Virus record (IMG/VR): IMGVR_UViG_3300031088_000782
Location: 1-64,000 of that record
Direction: 5' to 3' (one strand)
Length of the DNA: 64,000 nt
Origin: a virus
Lineage: Duplodnaviria; Caudoviricetes
A program made the position numbers and the translations under genes. Below the pieces are notes generated by a model, which worked only from the letters and a program-made list of their open reading frames with translations, made no database searches and was not told where the DNA came from. This document shows, piece by piece, positions 28,028-36,842 of this stretch (the stretch's first letter is position 1; each line of letters begins with the position of its first letter).

Positions 28028-29779
28028 ATGAAAAAAATTTACGCCAGAAAATGCGAAGTAAAAACAATTTCTAAGGATTTAGGAAGTGTTTTTATCGAAG
28101 AAAACCACACTCAAAAAGCAAGCAAAGCTTCTGCAAGTGTTTATATTGGAATCTTTTTTCAAGACAACCTTTTAGGCGTATGTATGTTTAGCAATCCCCG
28201 AACGACAAAAAAGAAAAAAGAATATTCAAGAGAACTACTTCGTTTATGCTTCAAAAAAGATACACAAGTTATTGGTGGGGCATCTAAATTGATTAAATAT
28301 TATATAAAAAATTATAACCCTGTAGATTTTTTTACATATCAGGATACAACTGGAGAGAATTCTGATGTATATGAAAGATCAGGAATGAAAATGGTAAAAG
28401 ACGGAATTAAAACAAAGAAACAATACATGGTTGCTCCTGGAAAAAACATGTCAACAGCAAATCGAAAAGAAGCTTTAAGTATGGCTTATGCTGTTAAATA
28501 TGGCCCAGACAGAATTCTTGGAACAAAAATAGGTGAAGTATTCGAAGAAAATGGAAAAAGAAAGTCCAATAGGAATATTTTCATAGAAGAATTAGGTTGG
28601 CATATAGAAGAGACAACAGGCGATTCTATATATGAGTGGACAAACCCAAATATATCTTTTTATGTTTATAAGATAACATCCAAATTAGATAATGGTTATT
28701 ATATTGGAAGAAGAAAAATAAACATAAAAAATGCAACCATACAGGAATGTATAAATGACAAGTATATGGGAAGCGGAGGTGTTAAATTTAAAAACTGGAT
28801 AAACAATATAGGAAAAGAAAATCTCGAAAAAGAAATTATGTGGATTGTAAATACAAAAAAAGAAGCAATCGCAAAAGAAGAAAAAGAAATAGGAGATTTG
28901 TATAAAACAGACGTGAATTGCAAAAATTCTCATAAAGGAGGGCTAGGCAAAAACGCTTCCAATTGGTCTGATTTATTTACAACAGGAAATTGTAGCGTTC
29001 ACGGTGAAACAAAATTTTTTGCATCTTATTGTTGCGCCTGCAGAAATCAAAAAACAGTCACTATAAAGATGTGTGACATTCATGGCGAAACAAAACACCA
29101 AGGAGGATCTTGTTCAAAATGCTCTTCTGAAAAAACTTTTCATATAAAAAAATGTATTATTCATGGGGATACAATGTTTGCAGGAAATGAATGTAGAAAG
29201 TGCTCGATTGATAAATCTTGGAGCATAATGTTTTGTGACATTCATGGGGAAACAAAACACCAATCAGGAAAATGCAAAAAATGTTCTATTGGAAAGAATA
29301 TAAATATTAAATTTTGTGACATTCATGGGGAGACTACATTCTATGGTGAATCATGTAGAAAATGCCAGGTGGATAAAAGTCTTAATGATAAAATATGTGC
29401 TATTCATGGAAAGACTAAGCATAGAGGCAATCAATGCTGCAAATGTGCATCAAAAGAAAAAGACGCAATTAAATTTTGCAAAATTCATGGTGAAACAAAA
29501 TTTCAATATAGCAAATGTATTTTATGCATAAAAGACAAAAGAGATTCATTAAAAGAATGTCCTACTCATGGGTTAGTTAAGCACAGGGGTGAAAATTGTT
29601 ATACTTGTACTATAGAAAAAGCAAACGCAATTAAATTTTGTGACATTCACGGTGAAACAAAATTTAGAGGAAATAATTGTTGTAAATGTTCTTCTGAAAA
29701 GGCCGCTCACAAAAGATTCCATGTAAAATTAAACACGAAGAAAAAAGATTGTAGGTTTTGTTTAAATTATGAAAAATGA
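28028..29779 (+). CDS. GNAT-like domain + GIY-YIG (Seg-like) endonuclease + 9 Zn-ribbon repeats
   Basis: FYVYKIT...YYIGRR...YMGSG; N-terminus aligns with the C-terminal domain of 3326-5170; 3' end overlaps the dnaG start. Confidence 0.8.
   Translation: MKKIYARKCEVKTISKDLGSVFIEENHTQKASKASASVYIGIFFQDNLLGVCMFSNPRTTKKKKEYSRELLRLCFKKDTQVIGGASKLIKYYIKNYNPVDFFTYQDTTGENSDVYERSGMKMVKDGIKTKKQYMVAPGKNMSTANRKEALSMAYAVKYGPDRILGTKIGEVFEENGKRKSNRNIFIEELGWHIEETTGDSIYEWTNPNISFYVYKITSKLDNGYYIGRRKINIKNATIQECINDKYMGSGGVKFKNWINNIGKENLEKEIMWIVNTKKEAIAKEEKEIGDLYKTDVNCKNSHKGGLGKNASNWSDLFTTGNCSVHGETKFFASYCCACRNQKTVTIKMCDIHGETKHQGGSCSKCSSEKTFHIKKCIIHGDTMFAGNECRKCSIDKSWSIMFCDIHGETKHQSGKCKKCSIGKNINIKFCDIHGETTFYGESCRKCQVDKSLNDKICAIHGKTKHRGNQCCKCASKEKDAIKFCKIHGETKFQYSKCILCIKDKRDSLKECPTHGLVKHRGENCYTCTIEKANAIKFCDIHGETKFRGNNCCKCSSEKAAHKRFHVKLNTKKKDCRFCLNYEK
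28991..29719 (+). repeat. Nine tandem 81-bp (27-aa) CxxH-x9-CxxC coding repeats
   Basis: First Cys codons at 28991 and 29639 are exactly 8 x 81 nt apart; consensus IKFCDIHGETK(F/H)xGxxCxKCxxxK. Confidence 0.9.
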
Positions 29780-31655
29780 TTTCAAAAGCTTAGTTGCTGA
29801 AGTGAAATTGGCATACAATATTGTTGATTATATTCAGCAGTCAGGGATCAAGCTTCAACAGAGAGGCATGAAGCATAAAGGCTTGTGCCCATTTCACAAC
29901 GAAAAAACGCCTTCTTTCACTGTTGATGAAAACTATCAGAATTTTAGATGTTTCGGTTGCGGAGCTGCAGGCGATCTGATGAATTTTGTTATGAGACAAG
30001 AAAGTCTTGATTTTTTTGAAGCTTTGAAGAAACTTGCTGAAGATAAAGGAATCGAAGTTGAGATTGATGGGGATAATTCTTCATCTGTTGATTACAAGTC
30101 ACTTCGTGCCTGCATAAAGACAGCTGCTAATTTCTTCGTTGCAGAGTTCAGGAAATTAGATAATGATCATGTGGCAAAGAAAGAAGTTTCGAACCGTGGA
30201 TTGTCTATCAATGGAAAAATGCTTTATGGGTATGCTCCCGAAGGCCGACAGACCTTGTTTAATTTTCTTAAAGGACAGGGGTTCAGCGAAGAAACTATTG
30301 TAATGACTGGGGTGTGCGGAAAATCAGAAAAAGGGAATTTCTATGATTTCTGGCAGGGGCGCTTGATGTTCTTTATCACAGATATCACAGGTAAGCCTAT
30401 TGGTTTTTCTGGTCGAAAACTCTATGATACTGACAATAGAGGAAAATATGTAAACTCTTCTGATACGCCTTTGTTTGATAAAAGTGCATCTCTTTATCAT
30501 GTTGACAAGGCAAAGAAAACCGCTTCTGACGAGAAAGAAATGTTTGTTGTTGAAGGTCAGTTTGATGTTTCTTCTTTTGTTGAGGCTGGTTTGAAAAACG
30601 TTGTTGCATCTTCAGGAACTGCTTTCACAGAAAAACAAGGGATGATGATTCGCCGTCTTGTTTCTGAGAGCGGACGAATTGTGTTTGCGTTTGACGGTGA
30701 CAGTGCTGGTGTTGCAGCTGCTGTTAAAGTTTTCAAAAACGTTCCTGGTATCCATGATCAATCTTATGTTGTGTCTTTTCCTGATGATCAAGACCCCTGC
30801 GACTACAGATTAGAAAATGGTTCAGAAGAACTTGTAGAATATGTGAAAAACAATGCAAAGCCGATGATTGAGTTTATTTTGGAAGCGACTGCTGATGATT
30901 ATGATCTTGATTCTACTCTTGGTAGGTCTCGTTATGTTGATGCTGCATGTAGGGTTCTCAAAACAATTTCAAGTGCATCTCTTCGTGAAGTCTTTTTGAA
31001 GAAAGTTTCTTTGGATTCTTTCACTTCTGTTGAAGCTGTTCGTGAAGTTCTCGTAAAAGCCGATCCCATTGAAACTTATTCATCTTTTTCTGGTAACAAT
31101 GAGGATAAAGAACATAGAGAAAGACCTGATTTGGATGAGGGATCTGTTATTGATCAAGATGAGATTTTAGTTAAGATTAAAAAGGATTCAACATATAATG
31201 TCACTGCCCGTTTTATTTCTCTTTGTTTTATGCAGAAGAAGTTTATTCCTTATCTGATTAAGGCTCAAAGTATTATTCCATCTGAAATGTCTTCTATTGT
31301 TGATGACTTGAAAGAATTGAATTACACTGAGACTTTGGTTCCTGAACAGTTCCAATTGTCAAAAGTTGTTTCAGCTTTGTTCAATGCTAATTTCTTTCCG
31401 CTTGCACATATGATGACTTTTGCAGATCAGAAAGATCAATTCATTTATCTTCGAAATTATTTGTATAAGAGAGAGATGAGTGCTAATAAGAATCGCATTC
31501 GTTCAAAAATTTCAAGAATTATTGAACAATCTAATAATACTGATGTTGATTTCTTGGAGAGGGCTTTAATGAAAGAAGAACAGGAGTTGCAGAAACTCAA
31601 ATCATCACATCATGAAAACACAGATAGTTCAGAGAGTGAGATTGTTGAACAATAG
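29769..31655 (+). CDS. dnaG: DNA primase
   Basis: CHC2 Zn finger CPFH..KTPSF..CFGC; GKYVNS; TOPRIM VEGQFD and FDGD. Confidence 0.96.
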   Translation: MKNDFKSLVAEVKLAYNIVDYIQQSGIKLQQRGMKHKGLCPFHNEKTPSFTVDENYQNFRCFGCGAAGDLMNFVMRQESLDFFEALKKLAEDKGIEVEIDGDNSSSVDYKSLRACIKTAANFFVAEFRKLDNDHVAKKEVSNRGLSINGKMLYGYAPEGRQTLFNFLKGQGFSEETIVMTGVCGKSEKGNFYDFWQGRLMFFITDITGKPIGFSGRKLYDTDNRGKYVNSSDTPLFDKSASLYHVDKAKKTASDEKEMFVVEGQFDVSSFVEAGLKNVVASSGTAFTEKQGMMIRRLVSESGRIVFAFDGDSAGVAAAVKVFKNVPGIHDQSYVVSFPDDQDPCDYRLENGSEELVEYVKNNAKPMIEFILEATADDYDLDSTLGRSRYVDAACRVLKTISSASLREVFLKKVSLDSFTSVEAVREVLVKADPIETYSSFSGNNEDKEHRERPDLDEGSVIDQDEILVKIKKDSTYNVTARFISLCFMQKKFIPYLIKAQSIIPSEMSSIVDDLKELNYTETLVPEQFQLSKVVSALFNANFFPLAHMMTFADQKDQFIYLRNYLYKREMSANKNRIRSKISRIIEQSNNTDVDFLERALMKEEQELQKLKSSHHENTDSSESEIVEQ

Positions 31656-31698
31656 TTTGATATAATAATTTTATTTAAGCATTCTGAAAAAGGAGAAT

Positions 31699-32232
31699 AT
31701 GGTGCCTAATCATAAAAAGGTTTTTGTTGTTGATTCTGATTTGTCGAAGCTTGAAGAAACTTTTAAAAGTCAGAGAATAGAAGATGTTGAAAGATTCAAT
31801 ATTATTGAAAGTTTTATAACATCTTTTGAATCAGTTAAAGAAGTTGTTCAGCTAATGAGTCTGTCAAGGATAGGCGACTTAGAGAGGAGAGGCGTTTTCT
31901 TTAAAACTGTATTCTCTGTGGATGATGACACTTTTAATCAAGTGACAAATAAAGTTGAAATTCCTCAGCAAGAATATTATGATAGACTTCTTGGTGCTGC
32001 ACCTGAAGTTGTTGAAAGAAAATTGAGAATGAAATTCAATTTCCGTGGTGCTAATTATACTCTTGACTTTTATCCTGACTTGTCTTTCGCTGTTGCTGAA
32101 ATTGAATGTTTTGATGAAGCCGCAGAATTAGACTGGGAACTATTCAGTTTTGGGTCTTTGCTTTTTGAACATGATTTAAATATGAGTTTAGATGAATCAG
32201 CTTACAGAAAATTTTTAGAGCGTTCTCTCTGA
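31699..32232 (+). CDS. CYTH-like (triphosphate tunnel) protein
   Basis: VERKLR.KF...YTLDFY....VAEIE pattern. Confidence 0.5.
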   Translation: MVPNHKKVFVVDSDLSKLEETFKSQRIEDVERFNIIESFITSFESVKEVVQLMSLSRIGDLERRGVFFKTVFSVDDDTFNQVTNKVEIPQQEYYDRLLGAAPEVVERKLRMKFNFRGANYTLDFYPDLSFAVAEIECFDEAAELDWELFSFGSLLFEHDLNMSLDESAYRKFLERSL

Positions 32233-32388
32233 TTGTTTTTTAGATCAATAGATAATTATTTCGAATCGATTTGAAATGTCTTCTAATTTTATACTTCAAA
32301 GCGATTCTGATAACTGTTTGATATTTATAAAAAGGTAGATATTGTAACTATAAATAGCAATAACGATAAAAAGAATGGACTCCGAGAT

Positions 32389-34260
32389 ATGGGATTTTTC
32401 AAGAAGAACAACAAGGCAGAACCGCCTAAAACAAGCGTTCCTAAAATAGAATATGCTGACCTTAAAACGTCTTTAGTTGAAGCTCTGAGTGTCGGCTCCA
32501 AAGACTCTAAATTTCTTGACGTTTTGACAGAGGATGGAGATCAGATATTCATTTATGCTAACAGCGGAGAAATCAAATACGCTTATAGTAAGAATAACCC
32601 TTTAAGATTTAGCGAAAGACTATTTTGGGTGTCCGAAGATTCTCTTTCTTTTGAGAAACGAGAAAAACTTTCTACTCTTGTCAATGATTTTAGTAATGTT
32701 AATTTTTATGCTGAAATAATGAAAGAAATTCCTGAATCTAAAGATGTAGTAGATGGAATACTTAGGGATTACACGCTTTCTGTTATTCTTAATTCAAAAA
32801 GAGCGAAAATCACAAAGATTTTTACCGAACTTTTATTCCATCCTGAAAATGCTATTGTTGAAAATATTAATTTCTTTGAAAAGTCTATTGATGAACTTAT
32901 TGATGAAGTTGAGAAACTTGATAAGGATGAAAACAAATTTCTCCATGCTTTGAGTAAGAATAAAGATGAAAAAGTCTCTATCGCTTTACCAGAGGGTTTC
33001 AACCAGAAGCCAAATAATGATATCGAGTATCTTCTTTTCTCTGCGGCTGAAGCAGAAAGCACAATTGCAGAAGTTCGAGAAGCTTCAACAGGATTTGTGT
33101 TTGCAGAAGTTTTGAGTGTTTTGAATTCTCTTATTTATAACAAGGTTATTACTATTGACGAAATTGGAGATGACGATGATGCTTTGCCAACTTTTCCATT
33201 TGAAGAAACAGCTGAAAAAGAATCTATTGTAGTTTCACCAAAAGATGAAGAAACAGAATCTTCTAATGAAGAGAGAAAAGAAATCCCCATTGATGATTAT
33301 TCAACAGTCATTTCAAATGATTTTGATGTTTTCAAACAAGAACCAGAGAACAAAGATTTAGAATCCACAGAAAGCGATTTGATGGTAGAAAATGTTACTG
33401 AGGAGGTTGAGTCCGATAGTGATGATTCTGATACCCATGACAGCACTCTTCATGGCTCTCATCATATTCATCCAAGTTCTGGCATGTTTGAGGTTGAGGA
33501 AGATGATGAATTTGTTTTCGCTTACCCTCCTAAAGATTCTGCTGATGATTCTGTTGGCTCTGAGGATGATGGCGGATTCGATTTCGAGGTTGTTGAAGAT
33601 GCAGAATCAGCAGGAACTACTGGAGCTTTGGATGATGAAGATTTTGTAAAAGATTTTGAAAAAGTTTTGAAGGATAAAAAGATTTCCGAAGAAAACAGAA
33701 AAGAAGTTCGCTCTCTTGTGGAAAACAATGACAAACTTGAGATTGAATTGAAATCTGTGGAACAGGAAGTTGTTTCTGCGCAAGAAGAATACAATAAATC
33801 AGACAGTTCAGCAGAAAGTGATAGTGATTCTCATGATTCTTTATCTACTCTTTATGAAGTAGAATCCCAGAGACAAGAAATAAATACTGCTCGTAAGTCA
33901 GTTCTTGAGCGATTGTTTATTATTACTGATTCTCTTCCAAGTGACTATGTTCAGGAGATGTTGCATCGAATTACTTTGAAATTGGATGGAATTGAATCAG
34001 TAGTTAATGTTGCTTTCAATGTTTCAGAGCAAGAAGATGTATCAGAATCAGAAGTAACAATTGTTAATGTTACAGAAGAATTCGAACCTATTGAAGAAGC
34101 TGTTGGAATTGATGCAGAAGAGTTTAAAGAAAAAGTTGAAAAAGAATTTCATGATGTTCTTGATTTAACAACTGAAGTTGATTTCAGTGAAGAATCGACA
34201 CCTATATATTCAGAATTAATCAAAACGATGGGATTCAACCCTTCTAACAAGACAAAATAA
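32389..34260 (+). CDS. Large acidic hypothetical protein
   Basis: 623 aa; central D/E-rich low-complexity region and coiled-coil-like segment. Confidence 0.75.
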   Translation: MGFFKKNNKAEPPKTSVPKIEYADLKTSLVEALSVGSKDSKFLDVLTEDGDQIFIYANSGEIKYAYSKNNPLRFSERLFWVSEDSLSFEKREKLSTLVNDFSNVNFYAEIMKEIPESKDVVDGILRDYTLSVILNSKRAKITKIFTELLFHPENAIVENINFFEKSIDELIDEVEKLDKDENKFLHALSKNKDEKVSIALPEGFNQKPNNDIEYLLFSAAEAESTIAEVREASTGFVFAEVLSVLNSLIYNKVITIDEIGDDDDALPTFPFEETAEKESIVVSPKDEETESSNEERKEIPIDDYSTVISNDFDVFKQEPENKDLESTESDLMVENVTEEVESDSDDSDTHDSTLHGSHHIHPSSGMFEVEEDDEFVFAYPPKDSADDSVGSEDDGGFDFEVVEDAESAGTTGALDDEDFVKDFEKVLKDKKISEENRKEVRSLVENNDKLEIELKSVEQEVVSAQEEYNKSDSSAESDSDSHDSLSTLYEVESQRQEINTARKSVLERLFIITDSLPSDYVQEMLHRITLKLDGIESVVNVAFNVSEQEDVSESEVTIVNVTEEFEPIEEAVGIDAEEFKEKVEKEFHDVLDLTTEVDFSEESTPIYSELIKTMGFNPSNKTK

Positions 34261-34360
34261 TGCTATATGAGATATTGATATAGGCACAGCTGAAATGTTA
34301 GATGCTGTGTCTATATTTCTTTAATCGAACATATAGCAAAAGAGTTTGGTGGTTTGTGTA

Positions 34361-36781
34361 ATGTTATTTCTTTCTTCTGAAGATAAGGATGATGACAACA
34401 ATAAAGGGTTTGTCGGACTCCTTGTTGTGCTGTCAATAATCTTTCTCCCCGCTTTCATTCTCGGATGGGGTTATTATAGTTTGATTCGGTTTTTCAAACA
34501 GCGTTTTTCCGTAATAGCTACTGTTGTCCTCTTTGTTGATTTGATTGCTGTGCTCTACGGATTCTTGTCTCATGCAGTAGAAAGAGCTTTAGGTGTTTTT
34601 GCCAATCTTTTCCAAATTCAAAATTTATGGACTGATTTGATACCTTTTGCTATTGTTTTCAATATTATTTTAGGTGGATTTTTTGGATTATTGCTAGTGT
34701 TTATACAAATACAGCAGATTAAAGCTAGCCCTTATAAACTTAAATTTAAGGGAACATGGCTTTATGAATTCAAGTTTAGAAGAACACCTTTACAATATTT
34801 CCGAAAGAAAAAAATTATTGAAGGTTTAAAAGAAGGTAAATATTCATCACCTGAAAAAGCACCACTAGGATTAGATGAAAACAATGGCGATGTTGTTGCA
34901 TCAATGTATGGTTCAGAGAGTGGTAAGCCTACGTTGATCTCAGGAGCAGCAGGTTCAGGAAAAACTATTACTATGCTTTCAATGATTCACAATAATATTA
35001 AAAATGGGAAACCCTCTGTTGTGATTGATTTCAAGCGAAGTCCAGAACTTTCTTCAAAACTTGCGTCTTGGGCAAAAGAAAACAACAGAAAATTTTATCA
35101 TTTTGTGAACGGAGACCCTGATAGATATGATGTTAAAGATTCTCCTGGTCAAGCTTGTTATGACGCTTTGATTAACGGTGATGCATCTAAGGCAGACATG
35201 GTTTTGGGAATGCGAGAATATGATGTTGCGGCTGAAGTCTATAAATCTAGTATGCGTCAGTTACTACAAGTTCTTTTCTCTATGCTGAAGTATGCAGATA
35301 AAAGTAAGGCTCCAAATGTTGATTGGGATCATGGTGAACTTTATCAAGTTGCCTCTTCAATCACTGGTGGTAATTTTACGGATCTTGTTGGGGCTTGTGA
35401 AGGAACAATTATTCAAGCTAGTGCTGAGGAAGTTGAGATTGGGTTACGTAGCAGAACTTCTAGTTTGCATAAGGCTATGGAGGAACTGCGAGGTCAGATG
35501 AGAACTATCATTTCGTCCGAGTATGGGCGTTGGTTAAAAACTGAAAAAGGCGGAAGGAATATTGACCTTTATAAACTTACGTCTGAATCAGATAGTGATA
35601 GCGTTATTCTATTCTCTCTTAACTCTGATTCTGAGAAAGACTTTTCAAAATATTTGGGATCTTTAATCCTAGCAGATTTGAGTGCAGTATCTGCTAAGCG
35701 CAGAAATAATGGCATTAAGAATCAAATAAGTGTTTATGTTGATGAGTTCCAAGCTGTTCCCCCTACAGCCGTTACAAGCCTTTTGGAAAAATCTCGTGAA
35801 TCCAAAATGGGCATGACTCTTTCCAGTCAGTCTTATGAACAGATTGTTGCAGCTTCTGATAACAATGGTGAAGCTTATTTGATCAGTATTATGGATACTT
35901 GTTCTAACTTCATAGTCCATAACGGTGCTACTGAAAAGTCTGCTGTAAGATTGGCTGAAATTATTGGTAAAGATTTCGAAACTGTTTATTCAGCTTCTAA
36001 TCAGAATGATGGTTTCTTATTCTCTATCAATTGGTTTAATAAGAGGAATCAGATTGTGAAAACAGACGAAGAGGAAAGATGGATCGTACATCCTAAAGAA
36101 TTCATGTCTTTGTCTTCTCCAAGTGAAAATAATGGTTATAAATCTACTGCTGTTATCATTAACAAATCACCTGATGATCCTTTGTTTAAAAATAACGCAG
36201 GCGGTGCTGTTGCTAGACATGTTTGGATGATTCCTAATCAAGAAGTAATCAATGATTATTATATTCCTAAATTAGCTTCTGATGACAGTTACGATGAAAC
36301 CGACCTTCCGCCAGCTCTAGTTGAACTTACTGGTAAAGGGCATAATTCTATTCTTGAAGAACAGGAAGCTCCAAGAGATTATCTTTCTGAAAGACTTGAT
36401 GGACATCGCTCAACAGATTCTATTGTTGAAGAATACGATTATTCAGGTATGGAAGATGAAGATCTTGACGGATCTTTTGGATTTGAAACTATTGAAGAAG
36501 ATGAGGATGACAGCTTCAAAGATGTTCAAAGCATAGATTATCGGAAGGTCATGAATCAAAGAAAAACAAACAATGATGATCTTTTTGAATCTGCTCGACC
36601 AAAAACGAGAAGATCAGCCATTGAATCTGCTTCTTTTGAAAGCTTATTCAATTCAGAGGCAACTCCTGATTTGGTGAGACGTAAAGAATCACCAAAGAGC
36701 AGACTACCCAAAAAACCAGACCCAATTGAGGAAGACCTTTATGAAGAGGAAGCTCTGCCCGATATAGAGGAACTTATGTGA
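34361..36781 (+). CDS. Type IV coupling protein (VirD4/TraD-like)
   Basis: N-terminal TMs, Walker A GAAGSGKT, Walker B YVDEF, EKSRESKMGMTLSSQS; acidic tail. Confidence 0.88.
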   Translation: MLFLSSEDKDDDNNKGFVGLLVVLSIIFLPAFILGWGYYSLIRFFKQRFSVIATVVLFVDLIAVLYGFLSHAVERALGVFANLFQIQNLWTDLIPFAIVFNIILGGFFGLLLVFIQIQQIKASPYKLKFKGTWLYEFKFRRTPLQYFRKKKIIEGLKEGKYSSPEKAPLGLDENNGDVVASMYGSESGKPTLISGAAGSGKTITMLSMIHNNIKNGKPSVVIDFKRSPELSSKLASWAKENNRKFYHFVNGDPDRYDVKDSPGQACYDALINGDASKADMVLGMREYDVAAEVYKSSMRQLLQVLFSMLKYADKSKAPNVDWDHGELYQVASSITGGNFTDLVGACEGTIIQASAEEVEIGLRSRTSSLHKAMEELRGQMRTIISSEYGRWLKTEKGGRNIDLYKLTSESDSDSVILFSLNSDSEKDFSKYLGSLILADLSAVSAKRRNNGIKNQISVYVDEFQAVPPTAVTSLLEKSRESKMGMTLSSQSYEQIVAASDNNGEAYLISIMDTCSNFIVHNGATEKSAVRLAEIIGKDFETVYSASNQNDGFLFSINWFNKRNQIVKTDEEERWIVHPKEFMSLSSPSENNGYKSTAVIINKSPDDPLFKNNAGGAVARHVWMIPNQEVINDYYIPKLASDDSYDETDLPPALVELTGKGHNSILEEQEAPRDYLSERLDGHRSTDSIVEEYDYSGMEDEDLDGSFGFETIEEDEDDSFKDVQSIDYRKVMNQRKTNNDDLFESARPKTRRSAIESASFESLFNSEATPDLVRRKESPKSRLPKKPDPIEEDLYEEEALPDIEELM

Positions 36782-36842
36782 TTTCAGACCGTGATTGATA
36801 TTCTCAATAGTATATGTATGATAATTTGTATGGGAGCTTTAA

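Noticed and set aside
28991-29719. 81-bp periodic repeats as a CRISPR or ncRNA array
   Set aside because: The repeats are in-frame, degenerate at synonymous positions and encode Zn-ribbon units; there is no identical-repeat/unique-spacer structure and no cas genes.
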